This document shows, in pieces, positions 1-13,204 of a stretch of 64,000 nucleotides of DNA. Position numbers and translations under genes: made by a program. Source of the stretch: Octopus vulgaris (Eukaryota); assembly GCA_951406725.2 (NCBI GenBank), contig OX597815.1:17174001-17238000 (forward strand). Direction: 5' to 3'. Below the pieces are notes generated by a model, which was given only the letters and a program-made list of their open reading frames with translations, ran no database searches and had not been told where the DNA came from. Numbering within the stretch: position 1 is the stretch's first letter; each line of letters opens with the position of its first letter.

Positions 1-427
1 GACCATTTACGAAGCCGCTGCGTTTCTCTTTGATCTTTTGTACTGTAGCAACAATAGTTTCTTCCTCCATCTTAGCTATCAGATTAGCTCATCCAATAAA
101 TTCTCTCACACCATCATTTTACCCAAACAAGACAGTGCTCTAAAGTCATATCTTCACCAGGAAACTCTCGGGAACTCTTTACCTGTCCAAATTAGTTGCT
201 GATCCATCAGAGATACTCTATCACTCAACCTGCCAGATATATCAATCAACTTTCTCTCTTATTACACATATGTACCTTAGACATTGGAAGGCGGTGAACA
301 ATGTAATACTGGTTACACAAAAATGTAGATAGTATGTACTTGAACAGTACACAACATAAGTCTGCTCCACCAGGGTTAACCTGATAACAATAGTTGACTT
401 CTTAGATACTCACGGTTTCTCTGGTTA

Positions 428-468
<41 letters not shown>

Positions 469-1825
469 ACAAAATATAGATGATGTCTTCAACAAACTGT
501 AATATGGCTTTATTCTGAAGCATTCAATTCGTAAAAAAACAATTTGACACCAAAAATTCTGTTAACATCTGTTTTATGTACTAAGGTGTAATTTGCAAAA
601 AATAATCTTGGAACGCTAAAGGATTGCTAACGCCGGACTACATGTAAAATATCTTGCGTCTAATTAGTGTACTTATTGCTGAAGTTAATTAATTAAAACC
701 TGCTCGTTTTGTTTTCTTCTTGTGACATATTAGAAGTTTATTATTACAAGCATTACTATTAGCAGTGATCACAATCTCAGTAACATATTTCCCCCTCTCC
801 GTTTTCCAATATTCTAATAAAACGATTTATTCTCTCTGCCTCTCTGTCTCTGTCTCTTTGTCTCTGTCTCTTTGTCTCTGTCTCTCTCTATTTATGTCCG
901 TCTGTCTGTGTCTCTCTCTATTTCTGTCCGTCTGTCTGTGTCTCTCTCTCGCCCTCCTCTATCCCTCTTCTGATATTTTTACCCCACTGAAGAAATCTGT
1001 TTACACTATCTGGCTGTCGCAGTAAATTGGAACACTGTTATTCATTAAGAATACCACCACAGTCATTATTAATCTTCTTTTTAATGGCTTCTTCAAGAAG
1101 AATATTTTCTCATTTGGTGTCTTCTTTTGATTTGTGAAACAAAGAAACCTTTACTTTGATGTTTCATAGAAAGAAAAAGAACATATTTTTAATAAGAGCG
1201 GGTTTCATGAAAGAGTCATGTAGGCGTACTTCCATATGCCGACCAATGTCAGTCTCGGCGAATCATATACAGTTACTCTTTCGGTAAAGGTTAGTTCGTT
1301 AAATGTAAATAGTTGGCCAAAGTTTTGGCCATGCTGATGCACCAGAAACAAAAGTAACATAGAAATACTCTCACATTCCCTAGTTTTCCTTCGTATCTCA
1401 TGAGGAATAACTTTACCGTAATCTTATAACCGGGTATGATCTTTCTATAGAGAGCATTTTTATAAATAAAGTCTACTTTTTGTAACTTGAGATGAATTAA
1501 AATCACCCTAGTAGAGACTATTTGCTTTTATTCTTGTTAGAGGACTACAAGATTATAGATATTTCTGAATCAACCCAACGTCTAAGCTTTTAAATAGTCG
1601 TTTGGTTTCCTAGAAATAGCAGACAAATTCCCTTTCTATCTTGGAAAAAGAACACTTTGGCGCATGAATAATTATTTAGTTATAAACATGATTTTGAAAG
1701 TACATTCATCTTCCGAGTTTGAACACTCTGTATATCAGCTTGGGTAAGTGTTTTCAGTCATTTGTCTCGGACTGACCAATTACTTGGAAGGAAATTATGC
1801 GGAAGACGTCGTACAGACACACACA

Positions 1826-1904
<79 letters not shown>

Positions 1905-1910
<6 letters not shown>

Positions 1911-2135
1911 GCTGGTAACAAAAAGTTCCCGGACTAGCTCCTGTAGCGCGCCAACATATAGCATACACGGTTGAGTGCGCAGTGAGAGTTACCATTGACC
2001 TTCATGAGCCAGTGTGCAGAGTGACATTGCTGTGTTTACTTCGCAAGTTGTAAAGTTTGTGTTTTCTGATCACGTGTATGCTGCAGTCTGAGATTTTGTC
2101 ATGGACAAGAAGATGGAACAAAGGACCAGCATCAA
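1905..2135 (+). mobile_element. 5' fragment of a mariner-type DNA transposon
   Basis: TIR-like 'AAAAAGTTCCCGGACT' next to the (CA)n tract, then ATG GAC AAG AAG ATG GAA CAA AGG ACC AGC ATC (MDKKMEQRTSI), resembling the mariner N-terminus M..EQRxxIKF. Truncated thereafter. Confidence 0.5.
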
Positions 2136-2223
2136 CCGATCCTCAGCATACTGTTAACAGCCGCTGGGCAGCTAATTTTCACAACTGTACATAGTTTCTT
2201 TTCTCTATCCCAAATCATGTACG

Positions 2224-2318
2224 TATGTATGTATATATGTATGAATGTATGTATGTATGTATGTATGTATGTATGTATGTATGTATGTATGTATGTATGT
2301 ATGTATGTATGTATGTAC

Positions 2319-2400
<82 letters not shown>
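2224..2400. repeat. compound microsatellite (TATG)n-(TCTA)n
   Basis: Direct reading; it produces the MYVC/YLSI pseudo-ORFs. Confidence 0.97.
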
Positions 2401-2410
<10 letters not shown>

Positions 2411-2568
2411 TCTTATTTTCTTTTCTTTCCTTTTTTTCTTTCTCTTTTACGATCCTTTTTTATCGAAAACCTACCCCACTTTTTTTCTTCTTTTCTCCTC
2501 ATAAAGAAAAGCTCTACTTTGTAATCTGTCCCGTCTGTGTGCAGCCCTGTGTGGCTAATAAAGAAACA

Positions 2569-2569
<1 letters not shown>
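2401..2569 (+). mobile_element. 3' end of a non-LTR retroelement inserted in a (TCTA)n tract
   Basis: Ends '...CAGCCCTGTGTGGCTAATAAAGAAACA' and is flanked on both sides by (TCTA)n. A second copy lies on the minus strand at ~17740-17980. Confidence 0.7.
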
Positions 2570-2666
<97 letters not shown>

Positions 2667-3344
2667 GCTATCTATCTAGCTAGCTGGCTAGAGTTGATAC
2701 TCAGAGGGTTAAGATGTTCAGATATGTTCACTTGTATAATAAAACCTTTGCTTAGAAGAAAGAATGCGCACGTCACACAAGTGAAGTTCAGTACTGCATA
2801 GCATGATGTTACCGAGTCAGTTGTTTTTAACGACAACATTTATTCCATTTCTTTTCACAACGATTTCCAATGAGGCATTTTGTAACGCAACTCAACCAAT
2901 ACCTGATGTTAATCTCTTTAAGATGTTGCACCTGAAAGCAAATACCAAAACTGCCCTTATGTTAGTAAGAGAAACGTTTGCTGATTACTGTGTGCTCGTT
3001 TCGTACAGTCTAGAGAACAAAAGAGCTTAGTGAAGGCTTTTGGCATTTCAGGCACAAAATTTAGGTTGACAATTAATAGCTGATAGAATGCAGCCTTTTA
3101 CCGGCCAAGTCTTGAGAGATCTTGATTTGAACGCAACGTAATGGAAGGGCAAAGGCTGGTGAATACAAGTTACTTCATCTATCCTGGCAAAGGAATTGAT
3201 AATGATGGTATAATGAGTGGCGAACTAGATCGCAAGATGAGCAAAATTAACTTGGCATTCAGAATGTTGAGAGAATAGCTGTAGAGCAACTAAGCAACAA
3301 AGAGAGAACAACTGTAGAGCAACCAGTCTAAATGAAAAGTATAC

Positions 3345-4313
3345 TTATTCTTTACTACCCACAAGGGGCTAAACACAGAAAGGACAAACAAGGACAGACA
3401 AACGGATTAAGGCGATTATATCGAACCCAGTGCGTAACTGGTACTTAATTTATCAACCCCGAAAGGATGAAAAGCAAAGTCGACCTCGGCGGAATTTGAA
3501 CCCAGAACGTAGTGACAGACGAAATACCTATTTCTTTACTACCCACAAGGGGCTAAACACAGAGAGGACAAACAAGGACAGACAAACGGATTAAGTCGAT
3601 TATATCGACTCCAGTGCGTAACTGGTACTTAATTTATCAACCCCGAAAGAATGAAAAGCAAAGTCGACCTCGGCGGAATTTGAACCCAGAACGTAGTAAC
3701 AGACGAAATACCTATTTCTTTACTACCCACAAGGGGCTAAACACAGAGAGGACAAACAAGGACAGACAAACGGATTAAGGCGATTATATCGAACCCAGTG
3801 CGTAACTGGTACTTAATTTATCAACCCCGAAAGGATGAAAAGCAAAGTCGACCTCGGCGGAATTTGAACCCAGAACGTAGTGACAGACGAAATACCTATT
3901 TCTTTACTACCCACAAGGGGCTAAACACAGAGAGGACAAACAAGGACAGACAAACGGATTAAGTCGATTATATCGAACCCAGTGCGTAACTGGTACTTAA
4001 TTTATCAACCCCGAAAGGATGAAAAGCAAAGTCGACCTCGGCGGAATTTGAACCCAGAACGTAGTGACAGACGAAATACCTATTTCTTTACTATCCACAA
4101 GGGGCTAAACACAGAGGGGACAAACAAGGACAGCCAAACGGATTAAGTCGATTATATCGACTCCAGTGCGTAACTGGTACTTAATTTATCAACCCCGAAA
4201 GGATGAAAAGCAAAGTCGACCTCGGTGGAATTTGAACTCAGAACGTAGCGGCAGACGAAATACGGCTACGCATTTCACCCGGCGTGCTAACGTTTCTGCC
4301 AGCTCGCCGCCTT
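3345..4313 (-). mobile_element. SINE-A concatemer: one tRNA-like head plus 5 tandem ~184 bp bodies
   Basis: Head GGCGGCGAGCTGGCAGAAACGTTAG (A box) and B box GAGTTCAAATTCC. Five units start ~3350, 3535, 3718, 3903 and 4086. Imperfect 16-bp TSD TAA(A/G)TGAAAAG(T/C)ATAC. Confidence 0.92.
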
Positions 4314-4459
4314 TGTAAGTGAAAAGCATACCGCGCGATATTGACTGTATTTATATTATACAGATTGTAGTCATTAACGATACAGTTCAAACAGGTAAGA
4401 ACATGAGAAACAAAAGATGTATGCATTCATGATGATACATCTGATATAGATCATAAACA

Positions 4460-5061
4460 AGGCGGCGAGCTGGCAGAAACGTTAGCACGCCGGGTGAAAT
4501 GCGTAGCCGTATTTCGTCTGCCGTTACGTTCAGAGTTCAAATTCCGCCGAGGTCGACTTTGCCTTTCATCCTTTCGGGGTCGATAAATTAAGTACCAGTT
4601 ACGCACTGGGGTCGATGTAATCGACTTAATCCGTTTGTCTGTCCTTGCTTGTCCCCTCTCTGTGTAGCCCCTTGTGAGTAGTAAAGAAATAGGTATTTCG
4701 TCTGTCTTTATGTTCTGAGTTCAAATTCTGCAGAGATCGACTTCGCCTTTCATCCTTTCGGGGTCGATAAATTAAGTACCAGTTACGCACTGGGGCCGAT
4801 GTAATCGATTTAATCCGTTTGTCTGTCCTTGTTTGTCCTCTCTGTGTTTAGTCCCTTGTGAGTAGTAAAGAAATAGGTATTTCGTCTGTCTTTATGTTCT
4901 GAGTTCAAATTCTGCAGAGATCGACTTCGCCTTTCATCCTTTCGGGGTCGATAAATTGAGTACCAGTTACGCACTGGGGCCGATGTAATCGACTTAATCC
5001 GTTTGTCTGTCGTTGTTTGTCCCCTCCCTGTGTTTAGCCCCTTGTGGATAGTAAAGAAATA
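4460..5061 (+). mobile_element. SINE-A concatemer: head plus 3 tandem bodies
   Basis: Same family in the opposite orientation; 8-bp TSD CATAAACA at 4452-4459 and 5062-5069. Confidence 0.92.
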
Positions 5062-7027
5062 CATAAACATCACGGGTGAAAGACAAGTCCTGAAATACTC
5101 TTTTACAAAAATATAAACAAAAAAATTATGAAAACGAGGACCATTCAACGGAATCACTGTTGGCTTAGGTTTATCCAATGACTGGAGGAAAATTAACTCA
5201 TTTCAAATGGGAACCTATCAATAACTAGGAGAAAATCTACTTACATTTTCTCCCAGACTCTCTCTCTTTCCTTATACAAAAAATACATATACTTAGAATT
5301 AAATGTATGTATATATGTATATGTTTGTACACACACGCACACACGTATATATGTTCTATGCATATATTGAGTTCCCTTTCTCCTAGAGGTGATGTGCATA
5401 TGTATTGCCTTCTCTCCATCAGTGAAGTATAAATCACCGAAAAAACTAAAACAATATATTAATAGGACAAAGTTCCCTAGTGATATTTGCTTACAATCAG
5501 GTTACAGATACTCCCTTGCCTCAGTCACCGTCAGAAATGCCATGCGTTAGTAATTAGCCAGTTGAAAACTTATAACTAATGATGGATAGCTCATAGATTT
5601 TTGATGTTAGCCTGCTCCATCATGATTGACCTAGGGTTAAATAACAGAAACAGAGGCGTACTACTAGTAACAGTAGTTAAATCTCCTTTAAATCGTGCTT
5701 GATCGCCTTAAACATACATAGATTCATCGTATAATGTTGGATCAAATGTATTACATCTGAAAAGAATGTTTTTAAAAATAGATCTGTTAAATCAGGGCAA
5801 TCGGAAACAAGAACGAGAACAAGGAAAGAGTGAAAAAACAATCCGTTTCTGAGAACAATAAACGTTTTACTAACAGATCCGAATAATCATTTTTAGTTAT
5901 GTATAATGCTGCTTAAATTCCTGATTTCCATTTTAGAAGGAAAACTCGTCTATAAATTTGCAAACTAATATAAGTAAAACAACTATTATAAAATACACAT
6001 ATGTCATACTTCGTTAGATTCTAAAAACTATCAGAAAATTTTAAATTTTACACTAGGTCCCGGTCATTCTTCCACCAGCGGCTATATACGTATGTTACAG
6101 TCGACCATATATTTCTAATATGTTTAAATTATAAATGAACTAAAGAATCACCTGCGTTTCTCATTTTGAACTGCCTCAAGGAAATCTCTGAGTCTAATTC
6201 ATATTGAACAACAACTGATACTGACAACAATATTTATTTTAACACCAATTCGGCAGTTAATAAATTAATGTTTGATAATTTTGTTGCTTTGTAAGTCGCC
6301 TTCATTATATAAAATGTATGTGACTATTTTATTAGAGGACGAAAGCAGCGGTGATTTCAGAAACTGTAAAAAACGCTTTGCAAAATGCCTCCACTATTCT
6401 GTAGTATTTCTGAGATCGAATGCATTAGAACCTGACATAGGATATCTCCCTTCTCGTTAAGAGAGAATATGAGTCAATATAATCGACTGTACACACATAG
6501 ATAAGTTGTCTCTTTGATCGACAAGGTAGAAGGTTGGACTTAAACTATAACAAGTACTTCTATTTCATTGTTCTGTGTCCAAATAATGCAGAAGTGTACA
6601 TCTCTTAGCCTTCTCGTTTCAATTAACGAACGCCCAAAATGATACCATACGCTTCCTCAATCGGAGTTTAGCTTTGTTCTTAATTAAAAGCAATCAATAT
6701 TAAGATGAAGGCTTAAATTAATGAACGAGCAGGATGAATATGGAAATTAAATTATTCTTCAAATTCCGATGATTAGTTTTTCGATCCCCCTTATCTTTAC
6801 TTGGTTGATGACATTAAGTTCCAAAGATCACTTCATCATCTCTTTCTCCTTACTTTCTGTTTCTGTATCCAAAATGTTGATTCCTTTAGAGTTCTTGCAT
6901 GCAAACTAGCCAAAGATTGCTCAGATTGAACTTCATAAAAAGGCACACGGAAAATAAGAAATATAAAACCTAAAATGAAATTTTACACTTTTGTTGCAAA
7001 AACATAGATATTGTTTCCAAAGTAATT

Positions 7028-7514
<487 letters not shown>

Positions 7515-8010
7515 ATTACTCTTAATGAATTAGTTTTCAAATTAATAATCTTTTCCTAATGACTATTACAGGGCCGAGTGTTATACACTATTCTTAGATT
7601 TTCTTTTCGGCGCGAAAAGCGGCAAGTTTCAGTAAAAAGTCACATGGTTGATGATCTAATCCTTGAAAACACTTAATACGCTTGAGTTCACTCAAATGTA
7701 AAGAGACCTACGCCGCGGATACTATCGTATGAGGGCAAGCTTCCCTAGAGCCAATATATATAAAAATACCCCTCTGTGAGGTGCATGACGTCATCGGACC
7801 GTAGGACCTGAACTTTTACGTCATTATATTTGTAAGAATGATATTCATTAGTGGGCCATGATCGACAGACTGGGTGTCTGTAACAGATGAAGCATAACAG
7901 CCAAATAACCGAAACGGTATCTGCATACAAACGTATTAGATATAACTGTGCATTTATTTTTTTTTGTCGCTGCTTAGTATATACATATAGTAAATACACA
8001 TGATATACAT

Positions 8011-8406
8011 ATTCTTTTACTTGTTTCAGTCATTTGACTGCGGCCATGCTGGAGCACCGCCTTTAGTCGAGCAAATCGACCCCGGGACTTATTCTTTGTA
8101 AGCCCAGTACTTATTCTATCGGTCTCTTTTGCCGAACGCTAAGTGACGGGGACATAAACACACCAGCATCGGTTGTTAAGCTATGCTAGGGGGACAAACA
8201 CAGACATACACACACACATACACACACACACACATATATATATATATACATATATACGACGGGCTTCTTTCAGTTTCCGTCTACCAAATCCACTCACAAG
8301 GCATTGGTCGGCCCGAGGCTATAGCAGAAGACACTTGCCCAAGATGCCACGCAGTGGGACTGAACCCGGAACCATGTGGTTGGTTAGCAAGCTACTTACC
8401 ACACAC
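8011..8406 (-). mobile_element. SINE-B copy, slightly 5' truncated
   Basis: High similarity to 7028-7514. Confidence 0.9.
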
Positions 8407-8412
8407 ACACAC

Positions 8413-8460
<48 letters not shown>

Positions 8461-8776
8461 GGGAAGGCGCGTGGCTTAGTGCCTAGGGTATTTGGCTCGC
8501 GATCGTAGGGTCACGAGCTTGGTTCCCGGCGGCTCGTTGTGTCCTGGAGCAAGACACTTTATTTCACGGTGTCCCAGTCTACTCAGCTGGCAAAATGAAG
8601 TAGTACCTGTATTTCTAGAGGCCAGCCTTGTCACACCCTGTGTCACGCTGAATCTCCCTGAGAAATATGTGAAGGAGTGCGCGTATCTGTGGAATGCTCA
8701 GCCACTTGCACGTTCATCTCTCGAGCAAACTGTTCCGTTGATCGGATCAAATGAAACCCATGTCGTCGTAAGCGAA
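8461..8776 (+). mobile_element. tRNA-headed CORE-type SINE with tail X
   Basis: tRNA-like head, CORE-like 'TTGTGTCCTGGAGCAAGACACTTTATTTCAC', then a tail shared with the copies at 16063 and 58785. Confidence 0.8.
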
Positions 8777-8949
8777 GAAATGAAACTCGCCAATAAGACA
8801 TTTTAACAGAAAATAATGGATATGTATAGTGATTTACTGAACGCTATTAATATTGTTTGAAAAAAACGTTATAAGATATAACGTCTGAAGTAGGCTCATG
8901 AAAGAAGAGGGATATTTTTTAAAATTTAATATAAAAGGAAAATTAATCT

Positions 8950-9540
8950 TTAAATTATATATAATGATAGAGATTACTTATATGAACTAAAGGTGGGTTT
9001 TTGCCAATGTTTACATCGGTATGCACGCTCTATAACCGTATTTACTAGGGGTTTTTTAGAAAAAATATTGAAAAATAATTCAGAATTACAGAAATGTCAA
9101 AATTCCTTGCCTTTGTCATAAGGTATCGAGATTGAGAGAATCAACCATTCTAAATTAAATTGTTCATTGTGGTCTTTTAGATCCCCAAATTAATTTACTT
9201 AGCCCTGTACTGTTACGTTTATTCCTATCCCTAAATATCGAGTAATGGTTAGAAATTCTTTTAGATAACTGTAACGACGTGCTTCCAGAGTAAAATCGTA
9301 CTTTATTATGAGTACTGATTTTACACTGGTATATAAAATTTTTTATTTTAGAGTTACTTGACATAAACTTAATTCTGTTGGAATTGACTTCAGATACAAT
9401 AATCTTTTTATTAATATTTCTGGAGGAATGGATGGTATTAGTATTAGTAAAGGTATTAATATTTAACAGGTTGTTATTATGTGAAGAGATAATTAGTAAG
9501 AGATCTTTTGTGTTGGAAAAACCAATCCTAACCGTATCAC
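8950..9540 (-). pseudogene. Penelope-like element fragment, GIY-YIG endonuclease region
   Basis: ORF 9164-9364: NFIYQCKIST..FYSGST..SKRISNH..F....STGLSKLIW, matching the PLE pattern VIY...YIG.T..FK.R..NH..SF..ST.LSK.IW. A downstream C..E...N..E..CKH remnant follows. Disrupted. Confidence 0.8.
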
Positions 9541-9714
9541 TCTTTTATCAATTCACATACGTATTCACATACGTATATATGTATATCCTTGTATATTTAC
9601 ATGTATATATGTATGTATATTTTGTGTACCAAGCACAAGCATGTTTATCTGCACCACAATATTTATGTATTTTCGCACACATGCGCGCGCACACTCGCAT
9701 ATATAAATATATCA

Positions 9715-9784
<70 letters not shown>

Positions 9785-9829
9785 AAATAAGTCAAGATAA
9801 AAAATGCTAAAATAGTTTTATAAAGAACA

Positions 9830-9873
9830 TTTCAGTACCGGTTTCGGCCATTTTGAGACCTTTTCAACTGTAA
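9830..9873 (-). ncRNA. degenerate minimal hammerhead-like motif
   Basis: Minus strand: ttacag-TTGAAAA-GGTC tcaaaat GGCC-GAAA-CCGGTA-ctgaaa. Stem II and palindromic stem III are intact but the CUGANGA box is mutated. Confidence 0.5.
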
Positions 9874-10016
9874 CGATTAAATAATTAAATTTAGAAAAAT
9901 TAAAAGAAAAGTTTTTTTAAAGGAATATTTGTATAGTGTTCAAATATAAGTGGCATTTTCCTTGTTTCTGCCTTTCTCTGTCTCTCTTGTTTGCACTTGT
10001 TGTGTGTGTGTGTGTA

Positions 10017-10085
<69 letters not shown>

Positions 10086-10153
10086 TGTGACCTCGTGAAG
10101 ACTACCTGCAATTTTTTTCCTCTGTCCTCCCGTCTCGGGATCTTTCTTTCTCC

Positions 10154-10192
10154 TATGTTTCCGACGAAGAGCTCCGCTCGAAACGTCATACC
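10154..10192 (+). ncRNA. degenerate minimal hammerhead-like motif in a ~200 bp island between (TA)n tracts
   Basis: CCGACGA-a-GAGC tcc GCTC-GAAA-CGTC. Core box has U4->C and helix I is weak. Confidence 0.5.
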
Positions 10193-10282
10193 CTCCTTCT
10201 TCCATTTTCCTGAGCGCCTAATAATAATAATACTGTAATTGTTCCACGTGTTGTTGTTTTTTCTGTTTACCCGTTTGGATTA

Positions 10283-10371
<89 letters not shown>

Positions 10372-10946
10372 ACAAACACACATATATGCATATATACACA
10401 GATATGAAGCACAAGCGTGTCTATCTGCACCACAATCTTTATACACGCATACACACACACACACACACACACACGGAAACATATAAACTTCGATTTCGCA
10501 GTTGTCACCCTTGATGTTATTGACTACTTTCACTTTCATTAAGGCAAATGATTTGTTTTTTTGTTTTTTTTTAAAAAGTGTAATTTTGATTGCTAAAACT
10601 CTTTTATTTATTTTGCGCGTCATATTAATTATGCTTTGTTGTTCATCAAACCAGATATAAACCAGATAGTTTAGCAGCATCTATTTTCAAGTGATGTATT
10701 GGAAATTTTAATGTATTTTGAGAAAGAAGACGAAAACACATAGTTCTCAGATATATACATGTACGTACATATAACTTTATACACTCAAACGTGCAAGCAT
10801 ATACATATACATACACTGGTACCTACCCGTACATGCATTTATATACACGCACGTCTTCATATACCCTCACGTATAAAACTACACACAAACACATATAGCT
10901 CACACGCGCACACAAATGCATGTATTTATCCATGTACACACATTTG

Positions 10947-10985
<39 letters not shown>

Positions 10986-10989
10986 TATA

Positions 10990-11295
10990 TTGTTCCTAGT
11001 CGAGCCACGCCTGGCTCATTAGGGCCGGTCTCCCGGTTTACTTGGCGTATAGGTTCCCCACCTGGACGGGACGCCGGCCGTCGCAGGTGAGCTGCAAGAT
11101 GCAGAAGGAAAGAGTGAGAGAAAGTTGTGGCGAAAGAGTCAGCAGAAGTTCGCCATTACCTTCTGCCGGAGCCGCGTGGAGCTTAGGTGTTTCGCTCATA
11201 AACACACACACACACATCGCTCGGTCTGAGATTCGAACCCGCGATCCCTCGACCGCAAGTCCGCTGCTCTAACCACTGGGCCATGTGCCTCCACT
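10990..11295 (-). mobile_element. SINE-C (tRNA head + middle M1 + tail Y)
   Basis: Head TGGCCCAGTGGTTAGAGCAGCGGACTTGCGGTC..GGTTCGAATC; near-identical organisation to 60268-60557. Confidence 0.88.
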
Positions 11296-11463
11296 ACACG
11301 CCTCCACTATTCGAAGACATTACACATAGACACACGACGAATGCGTCAAGACATATAATGTACAGATGCCTATACATTCACGCAGACATACTCACACATA
11401 TGCCCATAAAGGGGACAAGCTCACGCACACACACACGCACACACACACACAGACACACACACA

Positions 11464-11499
<36 letters not shown>

Positions 11500-12314
11500 T
11501 ACACACACACACACACACACAGGAATAAAGTTAAACAAACATTGAAGCGTATTGACGACGCGGAACTAAGTTAAGCCACCGAATCTATATCTCTATTACA
11601 TGATACGTTTGTAGAATTATGAGGATTTCGAAACGTTAGAAAAATCAATAAAAACCCATTTGCTTAATAAAATAAACATGTTGGAAACACATTCAGCATA
11701 AAGGTAGCGGTGTTATTTGAGCTCTTTACACAATCAAATATATGAAATGATGGTAAGCTATGATATTTCGAAATAGACATAAGTCGAGCAATAATCTGTA
11801 GGGGGAAGTTTAAACGTTGCGGTATATAGTATGTTCTTTCTGCTGACCTCGCTAAAATAATCGCTGGAAATCTCAATTGCAAGTGTAATATGCCGCCTTC
11901 AGGGATTTCTATTGATTTTTGGCGCAGATAACAGACAAAGGTTGCATGATTGCATATTTAAATGAAATCGTGCATGTGTAAGGTAGACTTACCTATACAC
12001 CGAATTGCATTCGTAAACGCTCTTTCACGTAAACTGAACTCAAGCACGCACACACACACACACACACAAACACACACATACACACACACACTCCCCCACA
12101 CACACATACACACACACACACCTACGCACATGCACATACACATGCACACACGCACACGTTTCATAAAAGATTTCATATAAAAATATTTGCATGTTTGAGC
12201 TATATAAGTACACGTTCTCAGATGTGTGTGTGTGTGTGTGTGTGTGTTTGTGTATGTGTGTGTATGAGTGTGTAGATATGTGTATTTATATTCATAAATG
12301 CTGATGCATATACA

Positions 12315-12350
<36 letters not shown>

Positions 12351-12489
12351 CACACATGTATATGTAAGCATGTATATATATATATGCATGTATGTATATA
12401 TACGTGTACACACACCCAGACATGCATTCATGCACTACCATAAATATACACACATATTTCCTGTTTGTCTCACTCTATCTTTGTGCAAG

Positions 12490-12545
<56 letters not shown>

Positions 12546-12596
12546 GTAACCGCGGGTATATATTCATATATGTGTGTGTGTCTACATATAAATATT

Positions 12597-12630
<34 letters not shown>

Positions 12631-12840
12631 TATACACACGTATATGTACATTGACATATATATGTATATATATATATACATACATATATAGATACATCAT
12701 ACCATATACAAATGTACATATATTTGTAAATGTATGTATATATGCATGTGAGCATGTACACACACATACACACGCACAGACTCACACACATACACACACA
12801 TAAACACACATATATGCACAACCAGATACCCACACACATA

Positions 12841-12875
<35 letters not shown>

Positions 12876-13204
12876 TAGCAAACACAACACTAGAACAAAA
12901 ATTATTGAGTAAGATGTAAAGCAGAAAATACATTTTGAAAAATAAAAAAAAAATAAATGAAGAAATGAAGAATGCAAAAAAAAATTAAAAAAACAACTGC
13001 GAAAGAAAGGAAGGAACTGTAAAGAATGTGTGACGATCTTGGACTAAATCTGATTTGGAGAATTTTCGAGGAGAAGGAAATAGACAATTCTCATTGGATT
13101 GGAAACGTTTCCTTATCCACAATCGGAGTAATTGCAATGGAAGGCATCGGCGAGACACAACAGCCGCAGAAGTCTGGCTAACGTCACTCCACCCCGTACA
13201 CTAG

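Larger units (their letters stand above)
2800..5100 (+). pseudogene. decayed RTE(BovB-like) LINE reverse transcriptase, interrupted by two SINE-A arrays
   Basis: Broken translation: NLFKMLHLKANTKT..LVRET-FADYCVLVSYS (approx. VRELLFADDCAL), FIYPG..ELDRKMSKINLAFRMLR, and after the first array KAYRAILTVFILY (approx. KVYRAVVLxxLLYG). Stops and frameshifts throughout. Confidence 0.75.

Noticed and set aside
1080-1520. Possible second Penelope-like coding remnant (minus strand)
   Set aside because: Only faint similarity (GRHMEVRL, YEGKLG) with many stops; cannot be supported without a profile search.
3345-4313. CRISPR-like array
   Set aside because: Units are contiguous ~184 bp SINE bodies with no unique spacers; no cas genes; eukaryotic context.
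4545-4630. Ribozyme within the SINE-A body
   Set aside because: Several hairpins are present but I could not fit a hammerhead or HDV-like core.
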